From Candidatus Moraniibacteriota bacterium (lineage in GTDB: Bacteria > Patescibacteriota > Minisyncoccia > Moranbacterales > UBA1568): a stretch of DNA of 64,000 nt. Position 1 is the stretch's first letter, and every line of letters begins with the position of its first letter. Positions 1 to 9,918 of this stretch are shown in pieces. The translations under genes were made by a program, and so were the position numbers. The notes under the pieces were generated by a model. That model had not been told where the DNA came from and searched no databases. It worked only from the letters and a program-made list of their open reading frames with translations. The stretch is taken from NCBI GenBank assembly GCA_037441965.1, contig JBBIRD010000001.1, positions 2,255 to 66,254 on the forward strand. The letters are read 5' to 3'.

Positions 1-1
1 G

Positions 2-757
2 ATCACCGATATCACTTTGAAGACTGATCAGAACATCACGACACTTGCAGGTCTTCAAGCCTCGATCGATACACAACTTACTGTGATTGGTACAGAGATG
101 TCTCTCTTGAAAGCAAAGAATGTAGATTATGATACTTATTTTGCAGATAATCTCGCTCATCTCACGACACTTGATACGACAACAGCAACACTGCGTAGCG
201 ATCTTACCCTCGAGACTTCCAAAGTAGCACTGCTGGAAACACAGGTACAGTCGCTTATGGATTTCTATGCAAGTTTTGATCTTGGGAAGAGTCTTATGAA
301 AGATGTTGCAGGTAATGTCGATTTGACGGTTGATAGTTTAGGGAATCCGGTAACGCTTGGCGGTAAACTCAAAGCGGTTATTCTTGAAACAGGAGAACTT
401 GCTATCACCGTAGTCGATCCACTCGCTCCGACGATCGGTACTGCTGAAATTTTGCCAGTAGCTGTCGATGCGAATGCTGATGGCAATGATGATTATTCAC
501 TCCTTCCGATGACGGACCCTATCGTCATCGCTCGTGATGGTACATCGGTTCAGGTGATGACCAAAGCGATGATTCCGATGGTCAATGGATCGCGTATTTT
601 TACAACATTTAAGAATAATCCAGGAGGATCGAGTTGGGTAGAAAAAACGAAAGATACTCACAACGACTTTGTCGGTTTCCAAATCAAACTTTCGGCGCCA
701 GTTTCTGTCCCGACCAAAGTCGATTGGATCCTTATCGAAGAAAAGAACGGGAAATAG
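2..757 (+). CDS. Hypothetical protein, 5' partial: coiled-coil N-terminal part, beta-rich C-terminal part
   Basis: The reading frame is open from the window edge, since codons 2-16 contain no stop; the track start at 17 is a TTG. There are no recognisable catalytic motifs. Confidence 0.5.
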   Translation: MTDITLKTDQNITTLAGLQASIDTQLTVIGTEMSLLKAKNVDYDTYFADNLAHLTTLDTTTATLRSDLTLETSKVALLETQVQSLMDFYASFDLGKSLMKDVAGNVDLTVDSLGNPVTLGGKLKAVILETGELAITVVDPLAPTIGTAEILPVAVDANADGNDDYSLLPMTDPIVIARDGTSVQVMTKAMIPMVNGSRIFTTFKNNPGGSSWVEKTKDTHNDFVGFQIKLSAPVSVPTKVDWILIEEKNGK

Positions 758-830
758 TCGTTTGTTTTTGATGAAGAAATATGTTTATATATATGGATAG
801 ATTGTCGTAAGAGGATTAACAGAATGTTGT

Positions 831-3800
831 ATGGTTCGTATCTCACCAAAAAATATTCTTTTGTATGTAGCACTCCTTGTAGTGCCTCTTTTTGTTTACA
901 TTTTTTGGCAAATGTCTTCTCCAGAAACGATCGTAAAGACCGTCAAAAAATATGAACAAGCTGGAGAGAAAGTAAGGCAAGATCTTATCAAGAGCCCGAC
1001 TCTTCCAATAGTAGAAAAAGAGAATACATATCAGGTAGTTGACTCTTCGATAGAAGATATCAGTATTCAATATGCAAAATATAGCGAAAGCATACCGCCC
1101 AAGGATGATGAGAATAATCAGCAGAATGAGCAAAAAGATCATCAAAATGGAGAAGAAAAGAAACCGCAAGATCTGTTCAAGAAACCCACTCTTTCTATCG
1201 ATTTTCCAAAAAATTATTCTCAACCAATCAATATAAAACTTGATGCAGAGAGAATGATAGATATTACAGATCTCTCTGGAACGAGTGATTATTCAGTATC
1301 GACTATTGCTCGAGAAATACCAGAGAAAAATGATCTCTCTACATCATCAATAAATAATCCTGACAGATCATTATTTCGTAAGAGTCTTGAACAGAAGTTA
1401 TTTGGTATTGATATACGGAAAATCTTTCAGAAAACGCCTTCAGAAGATACCATCCTTCACTATACGAGTCGTGACGGACGCAAGTCACTTCTGTACACAT
1501 TTATCAAAGACCCTTCTACTGGAGAGAAAACACTCAAACATTGGACTCTTTATGAATACGGTACCGGTACAGAACAAGAGCAATACCAATTTTCAAATGC
1601 CAAGGTTAAGATAAATGCTGAAGGTATCGCAGAGGTCTATTATTTTGGGACGCAAGAAATTCAGAATGAAAAAGTAAAATCAGAAGTGAGTCCTGATCTC
1701 TTGGCACGAGCACAGCGGGCAATGGAGAAAGAAACAGGTCAAGATATCCTTCTGAGTAGGAATAATCCAGATTTTACTCTTCCTGCACCGTATTATATCG
1801 ATAAAAACGGAGAACAGCACAATGCAGAATGGCAGTGGAATGCTGATAAACAGATACTCTCAGTGAAATTTGATCCAGAGAGAAATATGTATCCGATCGC
1901 TCTTGATCCGACACTTTCTTTTACTGCTCCGGGTCAATCAAATTCGATGAGTATGATAACAGGATCGAGTCCTTCGTCCTTTGCGATTGGTGATTTCAAT
2001 AATGATGGGAAAAATGATCTGGCTGTTGGAGCTGATACGGTAGTGATTTTTTACGGTGGCTTTACCTTTTCAAAAAGTGTTGATTCTGCAGATGTTGTTA
2101 TCAGTAGTACCTCTTATGATGGCGTGGGATTTGGAGCTGGACTAGTTGCAGGAGATTTTGATGGTGACAATAAAACTGATTTACTCGTTCTTGGAAGTTG
2201 GGGAACATGGTATGATCCTGACTACGCCGTATATATATTTTATAATAGCTCCATTCGTACAGGATCTTATAACAATGCCGATTTTCAGAATAGCTCTTTC
2301 AGGGGAAGGCTTTCTATTGGTTTAGGCGATTTGAATGATGATGGGAAAAAAGATCTTATAATAGGAGAACCTAATAATCGTTATAAAGCCGATTCGGTCT
2401 ATATCTATTATGCAGGTATTCCTCTGTCAAGTGGCCCGCAAGTGACTCTCACAGGCATCACTGATACGGATGGAGGAAATCTGAGAGGTGCTTTCGGAAG
2501 TTCTTTTGGTGTCGGTGATTTCAATGCGGATGGCAAGAACGACATTGCTGTGAGCGCTCCCGCTTTTGGATCGTATTATAATACTGGACAATATCCTGGT
2601 TGGTATAATACATACCAAGGGAGAATATATATTTTCTACGGTGGTTCTATCACTACAAAGAATGCTTTATCTGCTGATAGAGTGATCATTGGTGAAGCAG
2701 GTGGGCTAGGTAGAGAAATTTCAGGAGTGGTCGATCTCAATGGAGATGGATATGTAGATATTTTGACAATAGATACCGGTCCGCAAAAACTTTCAATGTT
2801 TTATAACAATGCGGGTACTATTTCTACTCCTCCTGATGTTTCGATTGCTTCTGCATTTGTTTATGGTGCCACTTGGAATGATTTTAATGGTGATGGGCGT
2901 GCTGATTTTGCGATAATAAATCGGTTTTATTCAAGTATAGATATTATTTATAATGATGGTGATTATCCGGCGGATATGGCTAATGCTGATGTGCGTATTG
3001 GTGGACAACCAGTATTTTATAATAAGGCACATATTGTGTCTTCAGGCGATTTGAATGGTGATGGACAAGCAGATATCGTGACAAATTCACAGGATGGATC
3101 AAATACATCTATCCTCTATTCTCAGAATGGACAAGTGAACACAAATCAGTATGCTCTTGGAGAAGCATCAGGAGATGCTTTCGGCACTGCTATGGTTGCA
3201 GGAGATTTCAATGCTGATGGCACGACGGATCTCGCAGTAGGTGCACCTGCTGGATCTGGACACTCTTCGAATACCGGACGAGTCTATCTTTTTTATAACC
3301 GAGGATCATATCCTCGTGATGCCAGTTCTGCTGATGTGATTATTGACGGAGGAGCGATAGATGATTTTTTTGGTTTTTCATTGATTGCTGGTGATTTCAA
3401 TGGCGACAAAAAAATTGATTTTGCGGTCGGGTCCCCAGGAAGTTCTTTGAATACTGGAAGTACATATGTTTTCTATGCAGATGGGACAAATGATTTTGGA
3501 ACAATATTTTGTACCTCGAGCTTTCCGACGCTTTGTAGCGCAAGCAATGCTGATGTTATCCTTACAGGTGGATTGCCTGGCATTGGGATTGGATCGTCGT
3601 TTGGAACAACACTCACAACGGGTGATTTCAATAGTGATGGAAAAATGGATCTGGCTATCGGTGCCACAGGATATAGTTCAAATACTGGGAGTGTATCTGT
3701 ATTCTATGCCCCATTTAGCGGAGTGAATGTTACTCTGACGGGAGAAAATGTTAATGATTTGTTTGGAAAAGCGCTGATAGCGGGCGATTTCAATCATGAC

Positions 3801-6800
3801 AATAGGACCGACCTTGCAGTCGGGGCTACGGGATATAGTTCTGCCACTGGTCGTGTCTATTTGTTTTACAATAGTGGGAGTACTCTCCCTACGACTGCCA
3901 GTCTTACGATTACCGGATCTCAGACAACTCAGTCTTTCGGATATGCTTTGGCAGTAGGAGATTTCAATGCTGACAATAGTACGGATCTCGTGGTAGGGAC
4001 TCATTCGGATTTTCTCTTTCCGAGAATGTGTACTGATGATCCTAGTGCTGACTTCGTTATTTATTATCCCTGTAATTATTATGATGCTGGGAGGGTTTAT
4101 ATTTTCTATGGTGATAGTACTATTCCTACGACCGCTAATACGGCAGATATTATCTTAGATGTTAATGACTTGTCCGCCACTGCACAACCACGATATTTTG
4201 GATCTTCATTGGCCACAGGAGATTTGAATGCTGATGGGAAAATAGATTTGGTTATTGGACAACCAAATTACGACGGCACAACTTATGTTGGTCTTGTTCG
4301 TATTCTCTATAATGATGGTGCTCTTGGGACTGATGTAACTATTAAAGGATGGAGCAATAATTCTTTTCTTGGTACCAGTCTTGTTACAGGAGATTTCAAT
4401 GCTAATGGTCGGACAAACTTGGTTGTGGGAGAAGGATTATCAGTTGGTGCAGGACGGATATCATTTTTCGAAACGCGTGATAATTTTGTATGGAATCCTC
4501 AAACATTGTCTCTCGCAGAAGGAGCGACAATGAAAGGTGATATGCTTGGTCAAGAGCAGAGAATCTCTGGTAGTGTAAATGCGGAGTTGTTTGGGAGTTC
4601 TCTTGCATCAGGGGATTTCAATAATGACGGGAAGAATGATCTCGCTGTCGGAGCGAGCGGATCATCTTCTCTCTATATATTTTATGCTGATGGCGAATAC
4701 CCTGTGAGAAGTTCAGATGCGAATGTTGTGATCAAAGGAATGTCAGTGACAGGATTAGGAACCACCCTTATCGCTGGAGACTTTAATGATGATGGAAAAA
4801 CTGACATTGCTACATCTAATCTCGAGTCTGTCTATATTTTCTATAATGATGGTTCATATCCTTTAGATGCTGTTACTGCGGATGTTGTTATTGCCGGAGA
4901 AACAGCCTATAGTTCAGGTTCTGCTTTTGGATCTTCGATGGTTTCGGAAGATATGAATGATGATGGGAAGAAAGATCTCGTTATCGGTTCATACGGATAT
5001 TCTACTTCTGCTTTTACAGCGACGAACACCGGTCGCGTGTATATCTATTATGCGAACGGAACACGAAATTTTGTCTGTACAACATCTCCTTGTACGGCTT
5101 CGGATGCTGATGTGATTATTAACGGATCAGAAGGATCCTATTTTGGTTATCAGATAGTGACAGGCGATTTTAATACCGATAATAAGACAGATTTGACGGT
5201 GAGTGCGCCTTTCCTTCAGACGAGTAATACAGGTAGAGTATACATATTTTATGTTGATGGGACTAATAATTTTGGAACAACGAGTTGTGTTGGAACGCCA
5301 GCACTCTGCAATGCTAGTGATGCTGATGTAACGATTATGAGTGAGGTGATTTCTTCTATGAATATCGATGGACTTGGTTACTCGATAGCTTCTGGTGATC
5401 TCAATAATGATGGGAAAATAGATTTGGCTATTGGAACGCAATCGTATTGTTATGACGATATTACTCAAGGTTGTTCTGGACGTATGTATTTAATATATAA
5501 TCAAGGTTCTGGGATATATCCTGCAAATGCAGGGGGTGCTGATGTGATCATAGCTGGTGGGCAAGATAGTTTTCTTGGTAGAAAGATTGCTATTGGTGAT
5601 GTTAATAGAGATAATCGTGAAGATCTTTTGGTATGGAGAGGAGATGTTACTAGTACTCACTATCTGGATGTATTTCTCAATGATGGATCAGGGTATCCGA
5701 CAAATCTCTCTGGAATAATAGAAAGTGATGTTAATTTTACTTATCCAGCAATGACAAATGATATGGACTCTTCTCAGGTTATTTTTGATGATTTGAATGC
5801 TGATGGATATCAAGATCTCGTCATCAGTGATATTGGTTTTAATGGAAAAGGAAAGATTTCTCTTTATACAACAAATGATACGAGTATCAGTGGTGAAGCA
5901 ACAGGAAATTATTTTGGTTCAGCTCTGGCAATAGGAGATTTTAATGCTGATGGGAAGAAAGATCTTGCTGTGGGTGCGCCCGGATATTCTTCAAATACCG
6001 GTCGTGTATATATTTTTTATAATGATAATCATCTTCCGTCATCTGCTTTTCTGGCTGATGCCATTATCACAGGCGAGACGACAGGTGATCAATTTGGGAA
6101 ATCGATTTCTCTTGTTGATTTCAATATTGATGGAGAACAGGATCTGGTTGTTGGTGCGAGTGGATATAGCACAAGTAAAGGAAGTGTATACTTTTTTGCT
6201 AATCTTGGAACAGGGGTTTATCCTGTGTCTGCAAGTGGTAGAGATACATTGATTGTTGGTGAGGCGGACAATAATTATTTTGGTGAAGTATTAGCATCAG
6301 ATGATATGGATCATGATGGATGGGCCGATATGGTTGTAGGTGCTCGAGGATATTTGTCAAATGCGGGTCGCGTTTATATGTTTTATTCGGATGGTGTATA
6401 TCCTGCAACATCCGATCTGGCAGATAGTATTATTACTGGTGAAACAGGCATCTTGTTCGGATCAGCTCTTGCTACAGGAGATTTTGATAGAGATGGCAAG
6501 AAAGATGTCGCAGTGAGTGCGCCTGGATATTCTTCAAATACCGGTCGTGTATATATTTTCTATTACAATGTAGGACTTGGCACATTTCCATCGACTGTTG
6601 CTACGGCCAATGCTACTATTACAGGATCTTTATATACACTTCCTGTGCCTTGCTATTTTTCTTGTACAGCTTTTGATCCATATTTTGGTTCAGCACTCGT
6701 TTCTAGTGATTTCAATAATGATGGCAAGACTGATTTAGCTGTTGGGTCTTACAATTATGGTTTTCAGAATTGGGATAGAGATCCTATGGATATCGATGCG

Positions 6801-7313
6801 AATCTCACTACATATCACTTTGGTCGTGTTGATATTTTTTATAATACTGCCACGGGTATATATCCTACGAGCGCGAGCAATGCTAATGTGACTATGGTAC
6901 CAGAATCAAATTCGTATCTTGGATCTTCTCTTTCTGTTGGTGATGTAAATGCTGATAAAAAGGCAGATCTGATAGCAGATGTTGCGAATGGTGTCTTTGT
7001 TTTTTATAATGATGGAGCGTACCCAGATAATGCCTATCCGGATATACGATCTGTTTTTGAACCAGATCTCAGGCCGTCGGTCAAAGTGAATACCCCTCAT
7101 ATTTCTGTCGTCGGCGACTTCAATGATGATGGAAAGGGTGATATAGTAACAGGTATCGGTGAATATTATTACTATGGGCCACTCTATTCTCAACTACTCA
7201 ATACGACTGGCTATGTGACGACAACGATTTCTGAAGTTCGTACTATTGATCGTTTCCTTCGTCTTCGCTTACGAGGCACTGCGAAATTTCAGGGACAAAA
7301 TAGTATACGATAA
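831..7313 (+). CDS. Giant (2160 aa) membrane-anchored surface protein with more than 25 FG-GAP/integrin-alpha-like repeats
   Basis: There is an N-terminal TM helix (LLYVALLVVPLFVYIFW). The motif GDFNxDGKxDLAVGAP...GRVYIFY recurs throughout, as do Cys-x(4-6)-Cys inserts (FCTSSFPTLCSASNADV, FVCTTSPCTASDADV, TSCVGTPALCNASDADV). Confidence 0.8.
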   Translation: MVRISPKNILLYVALLVVPLFVYIFWQMSSPETIVKTVKKYEQAGEKVRQDLIKSPTLPIVEKENTYQVVDSSIEDISIQYAKYSESIPPKDDENNQQNEQKDHQNGEEKKPQDLFKKPTLSIDFPKNYSQPINIKLDAERMIDITDLSGTSDYSVSTIAREIPEKNDLSTSSINNPDRSLFRKSLEQKLFGIDIRKIFQKTPSEDTILHYTSRDGRKSLLYTFIKDPSTGEKTLKHWTLYEYGTGTEQEQYQFSNAKVKINAEGIAEVYYFGTQEIQNEKVKSEVSPDLLARAQRAMEKETGQDILLSRNNPDFTLPAPYYIDKNGEQHNAEWQWNADKQILSVKFDPERNMYPIALDPTLSFTAPGQSNSMSMITGSSPSSFAIGDFNNDGKNDLAVGADTVVIFYGGFTFSKSVDSADVVISSTSYDGVGFGAGLVAGDFDGDNKTDLLVLGSWGTWYDPDYAVYIFYNSSIRTGSYNNADFQNSSFRGRLSIGLGDLNDDGKKDLIIGEPNNRYKADSVYIYYAGIPLSSGPQVTLTGITDTDGGNLRGAFGSSFGVGDFNADGKNDIAVSAPAFGSYYNTGQYPGWYNTYQGRIYIFYGGSITTKNALSADRVIIGEAGGLGREISGVVDLNGDGYVDILTIDTGPQKLSMFYNNAGTISTPPDVSIASAFVYGATWNDFNGDGRADFAIINRFYSSIDIIYNDGDYPADMANADVRIGGQPVFYNKAHIVSSGDLNGDGQADIVTNSQDGSNTSILYSQNGQVNTNQYALGEASGDAFGTAMVAGDFNADGTTDLAVGAPAGSGHSSNTGRVYLFYNRGSYPRDASSADVIIDGGAIDDFFGFSLIAGDFNGDKKIDFAVGSPGSSLNTGSTYVFYADGTNDFGTIFCTSSFPTLCSASNADVILTGGLPGIGIGSSFGTTLTTGDFNSDGKMDLAIGATGYSSNTGSVSVFYAPFSGVNVTLTGENVNDLFGKALIAGDFNHDNRTDLAVGATGYSSATGRVYLFYNSGSTLPTTASLTITGSQTTQSFGYALAVGDFNADNSTDLVVGTHSDFLFPRMCTDDPSADFVIYYPCNYYDAGRVYIFYGDSTIPTTANTADIILDVNDLSATAQPRYFGSSLATGDLNADGKIDLVIGQPNYDGTTYVGLVRILYNDGALGTDVTIKGWSNNSFLGTSLVTGDFNANGRTNLVVGEGLSVGAGRISFFETRDNFVWNPQTLSLAEGATMKGDMLGQEQRISGSVNAELFGSSLASGDFNNDGKNDLAVGASGSSSLYIFYADGEYPVRSSDANVVIKGMSVTGLGTTLIAGDFNDDGKTDIATSNLESVYIFYNDGSYPLDAVTADVVIAGETAYSSGSAFGSSMVSEDMNDDGKKDLVIGSYGYSTSAFTATNTGRVYIYYANGTRNFVCTTSPCTASDADVIINGSEGSYFGYQIVTGDFNTDNKTDLTVSAPFLQTSNTGRVYIFYVDGTNNFGTTSCVGTPALCNASDADVTIMSEVISSMNIDGLGYSIASGDLNNDGKIDLAIGTQSYCYDDITQGCSGRMYLIYNQGSGIYPANAGGADVIIAGGQDSFLGRKIAIGDVNRDNREDLLVWRGDVTSTHYLDVFLNDGSGYPTNLSGIIESDVNFTYPAMTNDMDSSQVIFDDLNADGYQDLVISDIGFNGKGKISLYTTNDTSISGEATGNYFGSALAIGDFNADGKKDLAVGAPGYSSNTGRVYIFYNDNHLPSSAFLADAIITGETTGDQFGKSISLVDFNIDGEQDLVVGASGYSTSKGSVYFFANLGTGVYPVSASGRDTLIVGEADNNYFGEVLASDDMDHDGWADMVVGARGYLSNAGRVYMFYSDGVYPATSDLADSIITGETGILFGSALATGDFDRDGKKDVAVSAPGYSSNTGRVYIFYYNVGLGTFPSTVATANATITGSLYTLPVPCYFSCTAFDPYFGSALVSSDFNNDGKTDLAVGSYNYGFQNWDRDPMDIDANLTTYHFGRVDIFYNTATGIYPTSASNANVTMVPESNSYLGSSLSVGDVNADKKADLIADVANGVFVFYNDGAYPDNAYPDIRSVFEPDLRPSVKVNTPHISVVGDFNDDGKGDIVTGIGEYYYYGPLYSQLLNTTGYVTTTISEVRTIDRFLRLRLRGTAKFQGQNSIR

Positions 7314-7403
7314 GAAAATTATCTCTATCTTTTGATAGAATAATTGCGATAGCAGAAGATATGCCAGTGAGAAAGAGAAATAACTTGAGGAAGCAATGAA
7401 ACT

Positions 7404-9293
7404 ATGGAGATGAAAAGATTTTTTCTCAAAAAAAGAATACTCTATATTTGTTTTCTTCTTCTTTCTATCTTTATTGGGAATAAATTTTTTGATTATCAGA
7501 AAACAGCACAGCATCTTCAAGGAATAGAGAAATTACTTGCGTTAACATCTGAAGATTTAAATGATATTAAATCTGATCCTCATAAAACAAAAGAGTCAGT
7601 AAGGGAAGCAATCGATGCATATTCTCAGCATATTTCAGACACCCTCTCGATTGCTCAAAAAATAACAAATATGGAGGCTTCTCAGGAAGCGTTCGTTGCT
7701 ATCTTTAGGAAGGTTGCTTCACAATTGGGAGATATCCGAATGATTCAGCAGAATACTGAATTAACATCATCACAATCTGGAATTATTGAAAGAATAAGAG
7801 ATGTAAATATGTATGTGCAGGAGCAATCAGTAGAGCGACTCACAACACTCGCTCAGAGTGATAACGCTATAGACCAATCGAAAGAAGGGAAGAAGATAGG
7901 TGCATTACCCTCTTGTTCTGATTGCAATGTTATTCTTATCTCCCTTACCACTCTTCGTCCTGATCGTATGGGTATTTATGGATATCAGAAACAAACTACT
8001 CCGCATATTGACGCATTCTTCAAGAACTCAATTATCTTCAGAAATACGGTTGCGCCTACTTCTTGGACTACCCCAAATGCTCTATCACTCTTTACTGCTG
8101 TTTTCCCATACCGACATAACATTATTTCAAGAGAAATTGATCCGATTTACAATCGAAAAATTCTGACATTGGCAGAGATGCTGAAAAAAAATAATTATAC
8201 TACAGGGGCATTTACAGGAGGAGGGGATTATAATAATAAATACAGTGGACTCAACCGTGGGTTTGATTTCTACCTTGATGAAGCAAATTATAAGACATTC
8301 AAAATAAAAGCAGATATTTCTATCGGGACAGGCCCTCTTTTTTATTCTCCACTTCGAGAGTTTCTTCCGCTAGGAACCGATTGGATGGAACAGAATTATA
8401 AAAAAAAGTTTTTTCTTTTCTTGCAGGGATATGATCCTCACTGTCCTTTGAGTCCACGCGAACCATTTGCTCAGCAATTTACTAAAAAGATGAAAAGTGA
8501 TGTAGATTTTTCTGTATGTCATACAACATACGATGATACGGAGCCATTATATGAAAATGGAAAGAAATATTGGGAAGTAATGACGACATCAGATGGAACA
8601 AGAAGCCCTTTCAAGATGCGACTTTCTCAGGAAGATGTTGATTATATGAATGCTCTGTATGATGCTCGTGTGGCAGAGATGGATTTTTATTTAAATAATT
8701 TCTTTGAAAAACTCAAGAGTCTTGGTCTAGAAGAAAAGACGGTGATCGTATTGATGGCAGATCATGGAGAGATGCTCGGAGAACACGGACGGTTTATGAG
8801 GGGTGGCACTATTAGAGGAAACTCATATAAGCAATCTCTTCATTTTCCTCTTCTTATCAAGCATCCAAAAATAACAGAACCTCTCATCGTGGAGGATATT
8901 GTGAATACAGTGGATATTATGCCGACACTTCTTTCTATGTTGGATATAACAGATCCTCAGGAAGATATACGACAAGGTCACTCGCTTCATATCTCAAACT
9001 TCCAGAGTGATCCGACCAATGAATATGGTTTTTCAGGAGCCAAATATGAAAGGAGTAATGTGATTGGATATTTTGATTTTCCTACTGCATCTGAATCTGT
9101 TCAGGACAAGAAATGGAAATTGATCAAAGAAACTATCTTCGATAATGATGGTTTTTCAGTAGAAAAAATCTCATATAAACTCTTTGATCTTGAGAATGAT
9201 CCTAACGAGAACATCAATCTTTATGACGCAGAAAGAGAAGAAGCAGAGAAGCTCAAAGTTGTATTAGAGAAGTGGCTTGATCAATATCGATGA
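7404..9293 (+). CDS. Membrane-anchored sulfatase/LtaS-like enzyme of the alkaline phosphatase superfamily
   Basis: It has an N-terminal TM helix and the metal-ligand motif DHGEMLGEHG. Where a sulfatase has CxPxR, this protein has TTPN, which implies a Thr nucleophile as in LtaS/EptA; that reading is an inference. Confidence 0.65.
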   Translation: MEMKRFFLKKRILYICFLLLSIFIGNKFFDYQKTAQHLQGIEKLLALTSEDLNDIKSDPHKTKESVREAIDAYSQHISDTLSIAQKITNMEASQEAFVAIFRKVASQLGDIRMIQQNTELTSSQSGIIERIRDVNMYVQEQSVERLTTLAQSDNAIDQSKEGKKIGALPSCSDCNVILISLTTLRPDRMGIYGYQKQTTPHIDAFFKNSIIFRNTVAPTSWTTPNALSLFTAVFPYRHNIISREIDPIYNRKILTLAEMLKKNNYTTGAFTGGGDYNNKYSGLNRGFDFYLDEANYKTFKIKADISIGTGPLFYSPLREFLPLGTDWMEQNYKKKFFLFLQGYDPHCPLSPREPFAQQFTKKMKSDVDFSVCHTTYDDTEPLYENGKKYWEVMTTSDGTRSPFKMRLSQEDVDYMNALYDARVAEMDFYLNNFFEKLKSLGLEEKTVIVLMADHGEMLGEHGRFMRGGTIRGNSYKQSLHFPLLIKHPKITEPLIVEDIVNTVDIMPTLLSMLDITDPQEDIRQGHSLHISNFQSDPTNEYGFSGAKYERSNVIGYFDFPTASESVQDKKWKLIKETIFDNDGFSVEKISYKLFDLENDPNENINLYDAEREEAEKLKVVLEKWLDQYR

Positions 9294-9305
9294 TATTTCT
9301 ATTGT

Positions 9306-9905
9306 ATGAAGTATAAAAGAATTTTTATTGTTATCATTATCAGTCTTTTTATTGGCATTGGTTCTAGTATTTTCTGGCAATTTTATTATGATCAGAAACA
9401 TTCATTGAAGAATCTAGGCTTTTCAATAGCTGGAAGAGAGAAGTTCTTTGTTGAAGAAAGATTCCCTCGTCATTTCTCTGATTATGAAGAAGAAGCTCTT
9501 TTTGCTAATGGAGAATCAGGTATCCTCCAACTTACATTGATTTCAAATCTCACAAGAGAGCGCGCACAAGAGTATGCTCGATCACAATTTTCCGTGTTTG
9601 AAAGTATGTTCGATAAAAGATTGCCACCATATCCAGAGCTTATTACCAATGCCACTGGTTGTGCTGATGAGTTTTTGCCACAGAAGAAGGAAACGCCCAT
9701 TGGAAACTATTATACGGCTTATGCAGGTAATCGATTTAATTTCGGTATCTGTGATCAGAGTATTGCCAAATATAAATCTGGTGTTGGTATTTTTTATTGC
9801 GAGAAACTTCGGCGAGAAGTGAAACTCTCTTATTTTATTGATAAATCTGAGAATTTTGATACAATAGATGCATTGATGAATTCATTCATCTGTCTTGATA
9901 AGTAA
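9306..9905 (+). CDS. Hypothetical membrane-anchored protein
   Basis: It has an N-terminal TM helix and sits 12 nt after the upstream gene and 13 nt before the next one. I recognise no motifs. Confidence 0.5.
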   Translation: MKYKRIFIVIIISLFIGIGSSIFWQFYYDQKHSLKNLGFSIAGREKFFVEERFPRHFSDYEEEALFANGESGILQLTLISNLTRERAQEYARSQFSVFESMFDKRLPPYPELITNATGCADEFLPQKKETPIGNYYTAYAGNRFNFGICDQSIAKYKSGVGIFYCEKLRREVKLSYFIDKSENFDTIDALMNSFICLDK

Positions 9906-9918
9906 TGTGTAAACGAAT

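Noticed and set aside
843-1223. 126-aa minus-strand ORF.
   Set aside because: It is entirely antisense to the N-terminus of the giant FG-GAP gene. Its composition is low-complexity I/L/F-rich, typical of AT-rich antisense frames.
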